Shown here one piece after another: positions 25,608 to 38,590 of a DNA stretch of 59,005 nucleotides. Numbering within the stretch: position 1 is the first letter of the stretch; the number at the start of each line of letters is the position of its first letter. This stretch comes from Perkinsus olseni (lineage: Eukaryota). Location of the stretch: contig JABANN010000027.1 of the NCBI GenBank assembly GCA_013115125.1, positions 62,001 through 121,005 of the forward strand, written 5' to 3'. The translations under genes and the position numbers were made by a program. Below the pieces are notes generated by a model that did no database searches, was not told the origin of the DNA, and saw nothing but the letters and a program-made list of their open reading frames with translations.

Positions 25608-28600
25608 ATGGGTTGTGGGGCATTCTCAAAACCCAACGTAGTTCAGCCGGCTGAGCAGGATGGAGCGTCGAAGGTGGGCTATGATGCTCCCGTTCAGCCT
25701 CTTGAAGTGTCCTGCTTCGTTAGGTGGCAGGGGGAGGAGAGGGGAACAAGGTAGGTTAACAGTCCTGTACCTCAGGATGAATCAGAGGTAGCTTGCTCAG
25801 GATGCAGCGGCAGACTCGGCAGTGGTCAGTGACTCCAACAAGGACGCTGGTAGGCTCCTGAAGGAAATATGGGCACTCGATTGTCGGTCTTAGGTGGGCC
25901 AGTAGGGACCGAGGAAGGTGGAGAAGGAGGCCCCCAGGGAGTAGGGGGATGCTTGTTCACCCTCTTACTCGCAGTGCCGTGCCTATCAGCCTGCTACGGG
26001 AAGGCGTCGCCGTTCTGGGGTGTCTGCCTCGACAGTGTCTGCTGAGGACCGGATGAACTGGAAGAAGCCGGTTCATGAGAAGGATGACTCAACCAAAGAT
26101 ATGCTACGTGATATCATCAGGACCAACGAGAGACTGCAAGTACCATCATCTTACAATCCTCGCCAACAGCTAGAGTGCTGTCCCTCTAGGTCCTGTTCGG
26201 TCACCTAGACGAGGCTCAAACAGCAGACGTCATCATGGCGATGTAGGCGATGGGCGGTGGTGACCTCCGTGCAGCTGGGCTTGCTAGGTACCCGGGGAGC
26301 TTTAGTCCGGGGGATACTATCATTAGACAAGGAGATGAGGGAGATGCCTTCTGGATAGTAGAGAGTGGCCAATATGAAATCTTCGTTTATCGGCCTGCTG
26401 AGGGTGCCGTAGAAAAGCCGACGCCAGACGGTTCGCTCTCCCTCGGTGATAAGGTGGGCCCTCCGACGGTAGCGCGGATGACGCCCCAAATGGCTGGTCA
26501 GGTTCTGAGCTGTACGAAGGGCGCTTGCTTTGGTGAGCTGGCGCTCATGTACAACGCTCCTCGAGCAGCCACGGTAAAATGTAAGGAGGCAGGCAAGGTG
26601 ATAAAGGGAGGTGGAAGGGAGGCTTCGCCGGTCGGGGTATGGCAGCCCATCAAGCGAGACGCGTGTGTGATGATTTCTACACGGGGTTTTAAGACGCATA
26701 CAAGACAAGGATCTCAAGCATGTGTTATGTGATGCTCAGGCCTGGGGGCTTGACCGCGAATCCTTCCAAATGATGGTTACCACCGCAGAGTCTACCAGAA
26801 AGAAGAAGTATGAGGAATTCCTGACACCAGTAAGTGGCTCTTAGCCGGGTATCTTCAAGGTCGGAAACAACCCAACCCATCAGAGGAGGCTGCGCCTTAT
26901 CGGTTGCTTTCTGATGTTCTGACTTATTGGACTTATGCGACACCCTCTCTCGCTGGGTCCCACTGGGCCAATAACCTCAGCGCTCTTCTACCCCAGCCAC
27001 TGCCCCCTCGCGACAGATACCAATACTCAAGGATCTCAATCACTACGAGATTTCCCAGCTATCGGACATGCTTGAACCCCAAGATCACAAGGCGGGGGAT
27101 ATTCTGATGAGGCAAGGGGACCCCGGAGATAAGTCCGACCGGTCTTGGGGTGTCCTCCTTTGTACCGCGCATCTCAGTTTCTATATCCTCGAGTCGGGCG
27201 TAGCGAAGGCCTGCCTGACGGGCGATGATGGCAACGAGGTCGTCGCGAAGGTGTACAACAGCCCAGGGGAGTAGGTTGAGGACCGTCGCCGCCTCTAGCC
27301 GACACCCTCTGCTCTCAGTTACTTCGGAGAGCTGGCGCTGTTGACGTCGGCTCCCAGAAGGGCGACTGTTTACGCGTCCGGTGATGGCTGTCGAGTGCTT
27401 GGCCTTTCGAAGGAGAAGTTCAATCGCGTCCTCGGGCCCATCAGACGTCGCTTGGAAGCCAAGATGGGCGATGTAGGAGCGGAGTGCTGTCTCTTCAGTG
27501 AGCGCCTCGTTTTCAGTACCCCCAGTATGCGGATATCATTCGGCAGCAGGCGGAGTGCGAGCCGAGTAGCTTTCGACCGTCGCCCCGCTCGTCCGACGTT
27601 TACTCTTCCAGGTTCCCCTAGTGACCTGATGGGGCCCTCTGACGAGGAGGTAAGGTGCTGAGTAGAAGCAAGTGCTTCCAGTCCGTCCCTTCCACTACAG
27701 GAAGAGGCTCCCAAGACTAAACTAGAGCTGCTACTGCGGCAGGATACCAAGGCCCCGCAGGACCTAGGCCCAGTGAGGGACAGACGTGCAGGTGTGTCGG
27801 CCCCCCAGGTAGGAGTCGACTTAGTGCAGTCCCTCAGCTGCCACCTCTCGCTACAGTTGCTCAGTACCGCGGTTCTGCTGCATAGGTCTCACAATACGAA
27901 GCCGAGCATTGGGAGAAGCCAGTGTTTGATAAGACACAGGAGGAGAAGAACATGATAGCCAAAATGATAGAGGAGAACTCCAAGCTCCAGGTGGCACAAT
28001 GACAGCCGACGATGATGAGATTGAGGTGGCCTACTTGTCAGGTCCTCTTTGGCCACCTTCAACCTGCCGCCCTCTCGGACGTCATTATGGCTATGGTAGG
28101 AGGCCTGGCTCGCACCGCTCACGAAGGGGGATGTGTTCAGTATCCGAAGTCCGTGGAGGCCGGCACCGATGTTATCGAGCAGGGTGATGTTGGCGACGCT
28201 TTCTACATAGTAGCGGAAGGAGAGCTTCACGTGCATGTTCGTCGACCGGGCGAAGACGAGTCCAGCAAAGGCGCGAAGGTGCTGTCTTCCACTGAACTGT
28301 GGGGTAGAATATTGTCTCTGCTGCAGGTGTTAGAGTTAGGGCCCGGGTCTCTATTCGGCGAGTTGGCGTTGCTCTACAACGCTCCTCGAGCAGCTACAGT
28401 GACGGCGGTGTCGGACTCTAAGGTCGATGGGGTTGCGCGTGTGGGGCGTGGAATCGAAGCGTTGCCTTCCTTAGCTCTGGGGCCTGGATGCAGACAGCTT
28501 CCGCTTGATGCTGAGGACAGCGGAGGCGATAGAACCCAAGGAGAACGAGGATTTTGTTAACAACTGCGAGGCGTTTGCGAAGCTTAACAGGTGACACGAT

Positions 28601-29103
28601 GGAACTTCCTGTCCATCTAGCCGATGGTTCCACACGGTAGGTTTGAGAGGGCCGAGCTGGCCGCGGTCCTTGACAGAGAATTGTTCGATGGTGATGAGGT
28701 GTTCGCCCGTAAAGGCGATGTCGCTGATCGGATGTTCATCCTGGAGGATGGAGCTGCCATAGCGTTTGACGAGGACCTCAACGTACGGGAAATTTATTAT
28801 TGCCCTTAGTATCCTCTTCTTTGTAGGAACTAGCACGATTATCGAATCCAGGCAGTATCATGGGGGAGGTTGGACTACTCGCTGCTGATGGCAAGAGGAG
28901 AGCGTCATTGAAGGCTGCAGGGGAGGGCTGCTCGGTGTTCACGCTTGACAAGGATTCCTTCGACAGGTATTCCGCGCGGAGAAATATTCGGCGCTTTGAG
29001 TGCTGCTCAGCTGACTCTCCCTCTCAGGATGTTGAAACCCCTTCACGATGACATGCGAGAGGTTGCCATGAGGTACAGCAAGGATCCGCTGACCGAAGGC
29101 TAA
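25608..29103 (+). CDS. cAMP-dependent protein kinase regulatory subunit-like, tandem-duplicated (two inhibitor sites, four cNMP-binding domains)
   Basis: MGCGAFS start; RRSGVSA; FGELALMYNAPRAATV; FGELALLTSAPRRATV; second RRAGVSA; FGELALLYNAPRAATV; MGEVGLLAADGKRRASL; stop TAA 29101-29103. Confidence 0.85.
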
Positions 29104-29548
29104 CGCCACCATGTTCATGATATTAAAGTTGTTGATTATTTTGCGTGTTGTGTTCCCGAGTTGCGAGAGGTAGGCCGTATCTTAGGTTTGCCCTACTCTC
29201 TGCTAGAGCGCTATTCTCTGTGCTCAACAAGCTTGCCTAAACTCATCCCTCTTGAAGCATCGGAGAACATAAAGATACATCGGTAGCTACGCTGGCTAAG
29301 TCGGTTCTCAACGTGCGACTTTAAACTCACACACACGCGAGGGTGGCCTCGACAATTCACGGAACGAATACTCATGAACTTCGATACTTTGATACTCACG
29401 AACGAAACGAATTCCGTTCCGAATTGCGTTGAGGGTCGAGGCTGGCCCAACTGAACGCAACTCATCATAGGCAAAAAACACGTGCCATAGACTTACTGGC
29501 TGAATGGAGATACTCGTCAGTAACACAGAGAACATCGACAATAGAGGC

Positions 29549-32500
29549 TCAAGTGGAACCTCGGGGTGCTATTTCAGATTCTATAACATCGACAACCCGT
29601 CGTAGCTGCTCAGCATTGAGGGTGTTGGCCAAACGGGCTAGCTGCTCTCGAAGGGCTACAGCATCCTCCTCTGAGTTAACGGACTCCGACGCTCTCCGCT
29701 TCGCACTGCTATTCGGACTCGCCGGTGCAGGCCGCTTCAAACCGAGTTCCTTTGGGGGGATGGTTTCGGTCGCACTGCATTCGGCAAGGACAGGCGACGA
29801 GGGCTCGTCTTGCGATGGAGAGCTCGTCAAGTCCACCACCTCGACACTCAGCGCTCGGTCGGGTGCAACGACGATGTTGCTCGTCACAAAGTCCCACGCC
29901 GCGGCCCATCCGCCATCTGCTAACCCGCCCGCATCAATCCACACGGCACCAAGGATTGCCTCGACGCAGTCAGCAAGCGGCTTAGGACCCCTCCTAACCG
30001 TAGCGCGGCCGGAGGAGAGCTCCCTCACGAAGCGCCTGATGGCACCCAGGAGGGGCGTAGAGAAAGTGTTGAAACGCTTGTGGACGTCCAATCTCTCCAC
30101 GGCGACCTTGGCCAGGTTAGCATTGCAGACGTTATCCGTGAATGCCTTGACCAGCTGCCTGGGGGGTTCCTGATGCTGGAAAAGCCGCCGTAGAACGACC
30201 GCGCCGAGGACGGCATCGCCCAACCATTCCAACCGCTCGTTCGAGTAGGCCGCACTCACCGCTGTCACACTCGCGTGCGTCAGAGACTCCGATAGCAGCC
30301 ACGGGTGCTTGCCGAAAACATAACCACCAATCTCTGATGGCGAGTCTTGCACAGCGCCCGTCAGAGTATCGTAGGTGACCGGAGGGTTCCTCAGTCTCTC
30401 TCGAAGGTGGGGCGGGAAGTCCTTCGGCAGCTGCCAGTCGTCCATGTCCCTCTCCTCCCCAGGAGAGCCGTGGGCTATCAGACCACGCGATGGTAGGTTG
30501 GGTACCAACTGGAACTTAGTGGTGGCTTGCACAGCGGCTTCGATACCGTGGACGTCACATAGGGCGCCGACAAGGGCGAGCAGGCAGCTACGAGCAGCGT
30601 TAGCGATCGAGACGAGGACCTCCTGTGTGAGAGAAGTACCAGTCTCCGCCGCGCTGTGGATCAAATCCAAAATACCGCCATCGATCGCTTTCTGCGACGT
30701 GCGGCTGTGCGAAATGATCTCCTGCCTGTCGTCTGTGAGCTTCCCCTCGAGAGACGCCTCTCCGGCGGAGAACTGCTGCGACCATACGTACTCGGAGGCC
30801 ACCAGTTGCAGGACCGAGCTTCCCAAAGCCTCGTAGCGTTCCGAGTCGACCATCGCATGGCAGCGCTTGGGCGTCAGAACCTCATAGAGCACACGAGGAC
30901 TGAGTGGGGGTAGTGCTAGCAGGTTGTACGACTGGGTCATTCTGGAAAGCTCACAAACTGTCCGGGCGAAGTCCAGCAGCAGCCTCGAGTCATCTTTGAA
31001 GGCTGCCAGAACCCCGTCGAATTCCGACCGGTCGACCTCCATGTCTGGCACCATCATCCAGAACTCCTGCCCCTCCTCACATTCGTGCCAGTCTACGCAT
31101 GGAACTTCCCCTGCCGAAAAGATCTCCCTGTGGAAGCCCCAGAGGGTATTCATCAGCGCTAAGTCGACCTCAACCGCCCCCGAGGATCCACCGTGTTGAT
31201 GGTAAGGATTCAACGATATCTGCATGGTGCCCATGCTAGAGTCGGACCGACCCAACCCAGATGCCGACAACGGAATGTGACCAACGGCATGACAGACAGC
31301 CAGATCGAGAGGACCGGGCGTCAGCAGCATCAGCTTGTTGACAGCAGTGGCTCGCTGCCGAGTTTTGTCATATCTGGCCTGCCGCCGGGGCGGCACACTG
31401 ACGGAGCTGCTGTCCCATTGCGCCGATAGCGAGTAGGCGTACAGGATATTAACGTCTCTCCAAGGCTTCTTGAAGGCCGACGGTGGCCGCGGGAGGCGGG
31501 TAGAGAGGGAGCGTCGCGCCAGCTCCAGTAGCTCCTCGGAGACGCCGTCCTCATCACTGCTGGATAATATCTTTTTGTTTGGACCATAGCGGTTCCGAAA
31601 CTGCGGTGTCACCCATGGCAAAGGAACCAACTTCACCAGCTGACGAGCACAGGCTTCCCGCACGGCACCGGACTCCAGCGGCTGCCATTGGCTCATGGCC
31701 CATCGCGCCGACGGAGGGTTGACGGAAGAGGGCAAAATGACTACTGCCCTGCACCGTCCAGTGCCCTGATCAGACTCCGTGAAAATCCATGGCTCTGGTA
31801 AGAAGAACTCGTCAGTGGAACGGAGCGTTGAACAGAATGCGAATAGCACTGCCTTGGCGCGGCGGCAGGAGATCCGGACCCCGTCCCGGCCGATCACGAC
31901 CGCTGGATCGATTCCAGCGTCGATTCCATCAGAATCGTCCTCGTCAGTGTCTGCCTGAATCCAAAAGTCGACCAGTCGAGCCATCTGTTGCTCCTTGGAC
32001 TCGAAGTCGGCCACCGAAGCTCTCGCTTTAGTGGCAAACTCCTCTCGCTCATCGACCATCAGGAAAAGCCGCGACGGAGGGTTGACAGACCGAGCGCGGC
32101 CGCGCCGTTGTATGTAGCATCGGACGTTGGGCGGCATGTCCCACAAGATGACACGGTCGCACACGGGCACGTCAACGCCCTCATCACACACTGATGTCGC
32201 TATGAGCACGGCTGCCTCCTCCTTACTCTCGGCCATATCCTTGAACCGCTCGATGGCATCAGCTTGCTCAGAGGCGCTCTCATCACGACCACTGACACAG
32301 TAGGGGCAGCCTAGGGTGGCGGCAATGGCCCGAGCCATGAGACGCTCGCTGACGAAGACGATGGCAGCGTTGTAGTCCGGCGGGCCACTCTCATCGGCCA
32401 GGTACAGCAGTTCGCCCATCTCGAGGAGCTTATCGCCATCACCACCATTGTCGAGTAGGCTCGGAATGAGCATCTCCCGAATCCACCGCTTGAGTTCCTC

Positions 32501-33912
32501 TAGGGGTTTCCCCAATGGAGCGTCTTTACCTTGGAAGAAGTCCTCGAGGTTGGCGTCGACCAAGATGGCCATGCACACTTCCCAAAGAGAAGTCCGCACT
32601 GCATCGACGACCGGCTGGTCGAAGAGGTCGGCCTCGGCATTCTCTCGGCAGAACTCCTTCAGGCGCTCCACTCGTCGCTGAAGAGAGAAAATGATTCAAC
32701 GCGTAACCTCACCTGGCCAGAGCGAACGCGGCAGTGGAGCAGCTGACTCACCTGCAGACGATCCAGGCTGATGGTAGTCTTGGCCTTGTTATAAGCCTCT
32801 GGGATCGTGCACTCATCGATATCATCAGTGCTGGCCCGGCAAATGAACTCCAGAGCGTGCGCAGCTGTTCTCGTGCCACACTGAAAAAGAGGAGGAACCT
32901 TCCACAACGTTGTAGAGGTGTGTCGTCATCCGCGAGCACCTCTACTCACCTCGTGAAGGATCTTCCCCATCTGTCCGAGCATCTCACAGTAATAAGACAA
33001 AACGTGCAGAGGCAAGTCACGCTCATTCGGCCGCAGAGTGATCGGAGGCATACCGAAGTCGGCAGCATCCTTTCCGAGGGTAGTTATAGACCGCCGTAGG
33101 GAATAATATTCTTCCAGCCACGAAACTCTATGATAGGCGTTGCAGATGAACTTGTGGACACGACCGGGATCAGCGCCACACTCTTGAAAGAACCTTTTAC
33201 ACTGTGGCGGATACTGGGAGGGCTGGAAGTACTTGAACTCCAGCTGGGGCGCGAACACCCACTGGCCCAGCTCTTCCTCGTTCACCGTCGGCCGAACGAC
33301 CTCACACTCGCCACCGAGAGCCAAAACCTTCTTAAGTTGCTTCAGATTCTCTTCCACATCCACCCGCTTGCAATTGAGCGGACTGGCTGTTAGTCCGACA
33401 AACCTCTCCGCTCCCTTGGCGAGTTGGGCGAGGTGGCAGTAGGCGTGGCCGCTGTTAGTGCCATTCTTAGAAACGCAGTGATGGCACTCGTCGAAGATGA
33501 GAGTATCGATCCAGTCGCCCCTAACGAACCCAGACTCCATCGCTCGGCGAAGGACCTCTGGAACACAGACGACCACTGAAGACTCCCTCAGCGCCGCCGC
33601 CCACTCCTTCTCCTCCCACGCAACAGTTTCCTTCACCTCACCGGTGAGAACTAGGACCCTAGGCTCCTCCTGCCGAAGATGCTCCTCGATGTACTTAGCT
33701 TGCTGATGACAGAGCACCTTGTTGGGCGCGGTGAAGATACATGCCTTCCTCAACTCCCCCTCCCTCTGGCGGTGCATCTGCACCTCAACTCGCTCGTCAA
33801 GTAGCCGCACGGCCACGAGCGTTTTGCCAGACCCCGTCGGCATGAAGGCAACCGTGGACTGATGCTGCCTGATTTTGTCCAGGACCTCGGTCTGGTACTC
33901 GCGTAGTTTCAT
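29549..33912 (-). CDS. Dicer-like protein A (DECH helicase, DUF283, degenerate RNase IIIa, RNase IIIb); 3 exons
   Basis: MPTGSGKT, IFDECHH, LTASP, ATSVCDEGVDVP, IQRRGRAR; DUF283-like AKAVLFAFCSTL...VILPSSV; NERLEWLGDAVL and LADCVEAILGA. Confidence 0.92.
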
Positions 33913-34296
33913 ATTAAAACTCAAACTGCGACAGTATTCACTCAAGCGGCTGATCTCGAGGAAGATGAGTTTGTGGTAAATGATGCCGATGCCTCCGCGT
34001 GGACATGGATTATGCCGCTCTACGGTCAAAGCGGGATGTGAGAACGATCTCCCCAGTCCCCCTGGAACCATCATTTACTCGACTCAACGCCACCAATTAG
34101 GGTGAAAAAACTCCTACTGATGACTTCCTAACAGTGTGGCTATACAGTGTAGCAGCGACAGCGCTAACATTCTTGGGAAAATGATCAGCCCACCGGAGCG
34201 GAGGGCGTTAGATGATTCGCCAGCTATGATCAGCCATAGCGAGATCCGTCATCTCTGATCATAGATGGTGTTGAGTAATATCAGTCCCACGCGCCA

Positions 34297-37200
34297 TTAG
34301 TGGTTCGACAAGCCCCTGAGGAGCTCTTGAACGCCTCCCATCTCGTTTAGCCTGGCGAGCACATCTCGCATTAGTCTGGCCTGATCCCTGGGGTTGGGTC
34401 GGACTCTGTTCCGAGCAGGAGTGCTGCTAGAAGTACTGGGAGTCTGCCTGCCGGTGTCGTCAGCTTGCAATCCAGGTATGCGCCTTCGACGCTTCCTCCG
34501 CCCACCGCCAGTGCCGCTCTCGGGGCCGCCATCTTTCGGATCAGACCGCGGCACCGCCCTCCTGTCGGCTACCTCCAGGGAGAAGACGTTGTCCTTGATG
34601 AACTTTTCGGCAGCATCCCAACCCTCGCCAGCCGAGCCTCCAGCGTCCAACCAAATGGCTCCGATCACAGCCTCGACACAGTCGGCCAGGGCCTTCGGGC
34701 CTTTAGGGACGGGCTGCTCGTCGTGGTAGAGCTCTCTGACATAGCGACCAATGGCGCTCTGCAGCGGGACTGAGAGTACGTTGATTCGACTATGGGCCTC
34801 CAGCTTGAGGACAGCGACCCTCGACAAGTGGAAGTTGCAGGTGTAGTCGATGAAGGCGCTGGGCGTAGCTCTCCCTTCCTCATACAATAGGGACCACACC
34901 ACTGGTCCGAGCACGGCATCACCAATCCACTCGAGCCGCTCGTTGGAGTAGGAGGGGCTCGCAGCAGCAACGCTAGCATGTGTGAAGGCCTCCATGAGTA
35001 GCCAAGGGTGACGTCTGAACTCGTAGCCGCCGATGGGTGGTACGTTGAGGCCATCGGCAACCAGAAGGGTGTCGTAGGTCACAGGGGGCCGCAACAGGTA
35101 GTTCTTCACCATAACGGGTATATCCAATGGCAGCCTCATTGCCTCGACTTCTGCTTGCCCACCGACAGCTGAATGAGGGACGAGCTGACCGACTTCGTCA
35201 GAGTCGATGAGCTCTAAGTGACGGAGTAGGTTCATGCCAGCCCTCCAGCCAGCCTCCCCGAATACAACTCCGACAAGGGCAGTGGTTGATGTCCTCAGGG
35301 CGTTCAGGAACGACATTGCTCGGTCCCTCTCCGACACCTCAGCTTGTTGCGCAGCGCCCTCGGCCCTCTGATACCCGGGGAGAGAACAGAACTGCTTGTC
35401 ACGCCACTGGATAGCTGGGGACACTGCAGACAGCAGACCTCGATGAGCGACGCGGTCTCTCACGAGATACGCCTGGCGTTCCTCGGTCAGCTTGCCCTCT
35501 AGAGCAGCATCGCCCTCATCGAACTGCTCAGCCCACACATACTCGGAAGCCAGCATCTCCAACAGAGCGCACCCGAGGGGCTCATGCTTCTCCGAGTCGA
35601 TCATCATCTCGCACTGCTTCGGAGTGAGGGCTTCGAATACCAAATGGAGTGGTATGGCGGCGAGGAATTGAGCCAAAGGGGAAGTCTGGACCCGTGCCAG
35701 CTCAGCCACAGTCAAGCCTATCTCGACCAGGAGCCGAGGGTCATCATAGAAGGCGTCCAAGATATGAGCCATGTCCACCACACCACCGTCACCCGCGGGA
35801 ACCATCATGTAGAAGGGGCGATCCGCAGAGCATTCCCTCCAGTCGTCGGCCACAGTGCCTCCATCGACTTTGACGAAAATCTGACGATAGAAAGCCCAGA
35901 GCTTGTCCATGAGCTCCCCGTCGACTCCTATGACACCATCAGCCGCACCTTCTACTCCCTCTGGCGTCAGTGTGACCTTCACCGTGCCGAGCCTCGCGTC
36001 GGACCTTCCCAGTCCGCTGGCTGAAATGGGTATCTCCTTGACAGCCTCGATCACTCGACCCGGCAGCGGGCCAGGAGTCAAGATGCACAGTTTCTCCAGA
36101 GTACTCACACGCTTCCGCGTCAACTCCTTCCATCTGGCCAACCTCTCCGGGACCTCTATCCCTGCCTGGTGCCACTGAGGCCTCAACCGATAGGCATACA
36201 TAACCGTGACACCCTCCGCAGGTTTCACCATCGCCGGGGCTACATCAGGTCTGCGCTCGGCCAACTGATGGGCAGCCAACTCGAGGAGATCAGCTGGAGG
36301 GAGGAGCTCCTCACGGACGCCATCAGCCTTACCCGCAGCGTACATGTTTTTGAACTGGGGTGTCGCCCAAGGCAGCATCGTCAGCTTCCCCAGCTGCCTG
36401 GCACTGGCCTCTCGAATGGCTCTGGCCTTGGTGGTGTGCCAACGGCTCATCGCCCATCTTGCTATCGGTGGATGGACTGAGGATGGCAGTAGGACAGTAC
36501 AGCGGAATTGTTCGTCCCTCTTCTCGCCAAAGAACATCGGGGTGGGCGTGAAGAACTCATCAGTGGCCGTAAGGGAGGAGGCAAACTCGTGGAGAGCGCC
36601 CTTGGCGTGTCGGCAGGAGACCCTCACACCTTCTCGCCCGACCACAACTCTCGGATCGATCTCGCTGTCAGAATCATCATCCTCCGAGCCGACGTCTTCC
36701 CAGCAGTCTGCTAGGGTGGCCATCTGAGCTTCTTGCCGTTTGTACCCAGCCAGGGCCTTCTCAGCTCTCCCCACGCCATCGTGGGAGGCCTCGACGAGAA
36801 CGATGAGCTCAGATTTCCTAGGCCTGATCTTGCGTGCTCTGCCTCGACGCTGTATGAAGCTGCGGACGTTTGGCGGCACATCCCACATGACAACGCAGTC
36901 GCAAATGGGAACATCGACCCCTTCATCGCATACGGAGGTGGCGATGAGCACAGCTGGCTGGCAGGCCTCCTCGGCCGTGTCCTTAAACCACTCCAACGCT
37001 TCGGTCTGCTTGCTCACTCTCTCGCCGCTACCACCGACACAATGCCGCAGCCCCAAGGTGGCTGCCAATGCGCGCGCCATCAACCTCTCTCCGACGAAGA
37101 CTATAGTAGCAGAGTACTTGGAGTGTGGAAGGTCGTCAAGTTGAAGCACCGAGTGGAGCTTCAGCAGCTTATCACCATCCACGGCCATACCGAGGAGTCG

Positions 37201-38590
37201 GGGAACGAAGGTGCCGTTGATGTAGCGCTTGAGGTCCTCCAGACTAACACCGGGGATGTCAGCGGTGCCGGCCACCTCAACAAGTTCGAGTCCACTGTAG
37301 ACGCAGACGGCTTGGCAGGCCTCCCACAGAGACTCCCTCACAGCGTTGGCCATGGTCCCAGGCCACAGCGGAAACTGGGCGATGTGCTCCTCGAGCCTCT
37401 TAATGCGGAACTGAAAGGAAATAGTGATGACGCAAGAGCTTCCACCTGGCCTACCTTCAGGCGACCCGGTTCAATCTTAGCCTCCGCTTGGTTGTAGAGC
37501 TCGGGAAGGGCGTAGTCCTCGAGGATCTCATCGTGCGTACGACAGATATACGTGAGAGCATGCAATGCAGCTCGACTGCCACCCTGAAAAGAAAGCCTCA
37601 GCAAGTGGTGGGTCGTACCAGAAACTAGCAGACTACCTCGTGCAGGACCTTCCCGAGCTGACCGATCAACTCGCAGTAATAGGATATTTCATTGTGAGGT
37701 AGATCCATGAGGTTAGCGCTGACCAGTCCGACCACAGTGGTGTAGTTGGCATCGATGTGCCTCGACGACTTCCTTATAGCACAGTACTCCTCGAGCCACG
37801 ACACTCGCTTGTAAGCACCGCACATGAGGTCATGCAGACGCTGGCCGGCGAGTTCGCAGTCATCAAATCGGCCACAGTTGGGAGAGTAGCTGGCCGAAGC
37901 ATGCAGCTCCAATTGAGGGTCCGGCGTGTGGACATACTCCTTCAGCTCGGCATGGGTGGCGGTCGGCCGCACTATCTCGCACTCGCCGTTCAGGGACAGC
38001 ACGGTCTTTAACTGCTGCATATTCTTCTGAACGTCCACCTTCTTGCAGTTGATCGGGCTCGCTGTGAGACCAACGTACTTTTCTGCGCCCCTGGCCAGCT
38101 GGGCAAGCTGGCAATAGGGATGACCGCTGCTGACACCCTTCTTGGACACGCAGTGATGACACTCGTCGAAGATCAACGTGTCGATTACAGCAGAGTCCAC
38201 AAAATTGGACGCCAGAACACGTCTGAGGATCTCTGGCACGCAGACGATGACCTCGAAGTCCGACACAACGCCCCTCCACTCCGTACTGCCCCAGTTGTCA
38301 ATGGCGGGAGTCTCCCCAGTGAGAACGCGGACTCTGCACCGCTGATCATCGCCGATGTTGCTGCTGATGTAGGCTGCCTGCTGATGGCAAAGGACCTTGT
38401 TAGGAGCACAGAAGACGCAAATCCTCTTGGGTTGGCCATCAGCGGTGTTCCTCAGTTGAAGGGCAAGCCGCTCGCGCAGCAACCAGACAGCCACGAGAGT
38501 CTTTCCCGAGCCGGTCGGCATGAAGGCCACCGTCGACTTATACTCGCGAATCTTGGCGAGCACCTCGAGCTGGTAGCTGCGTAGCTCCAT
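34297..38590 (-). CDS. Dicer-like protein B, tandem paralogue of A; 3 exons
   Basis: Same motif set (MPTGSGKT, DECHH, IQRRGRAR, NERLEWIGDAVL, ALADCVEAVIGA) and the same two intron positions. Confidence 0.92.

Noticed and set aside
29546-29553. GGCTCAAG, matching the 3' end of the perkinsid/dinoflagellate spliced leader
   Set aside because: Only 8 nt match; upstream leader sequence is absent and it overlaps the Dicer stop codon, so it is likely chance.
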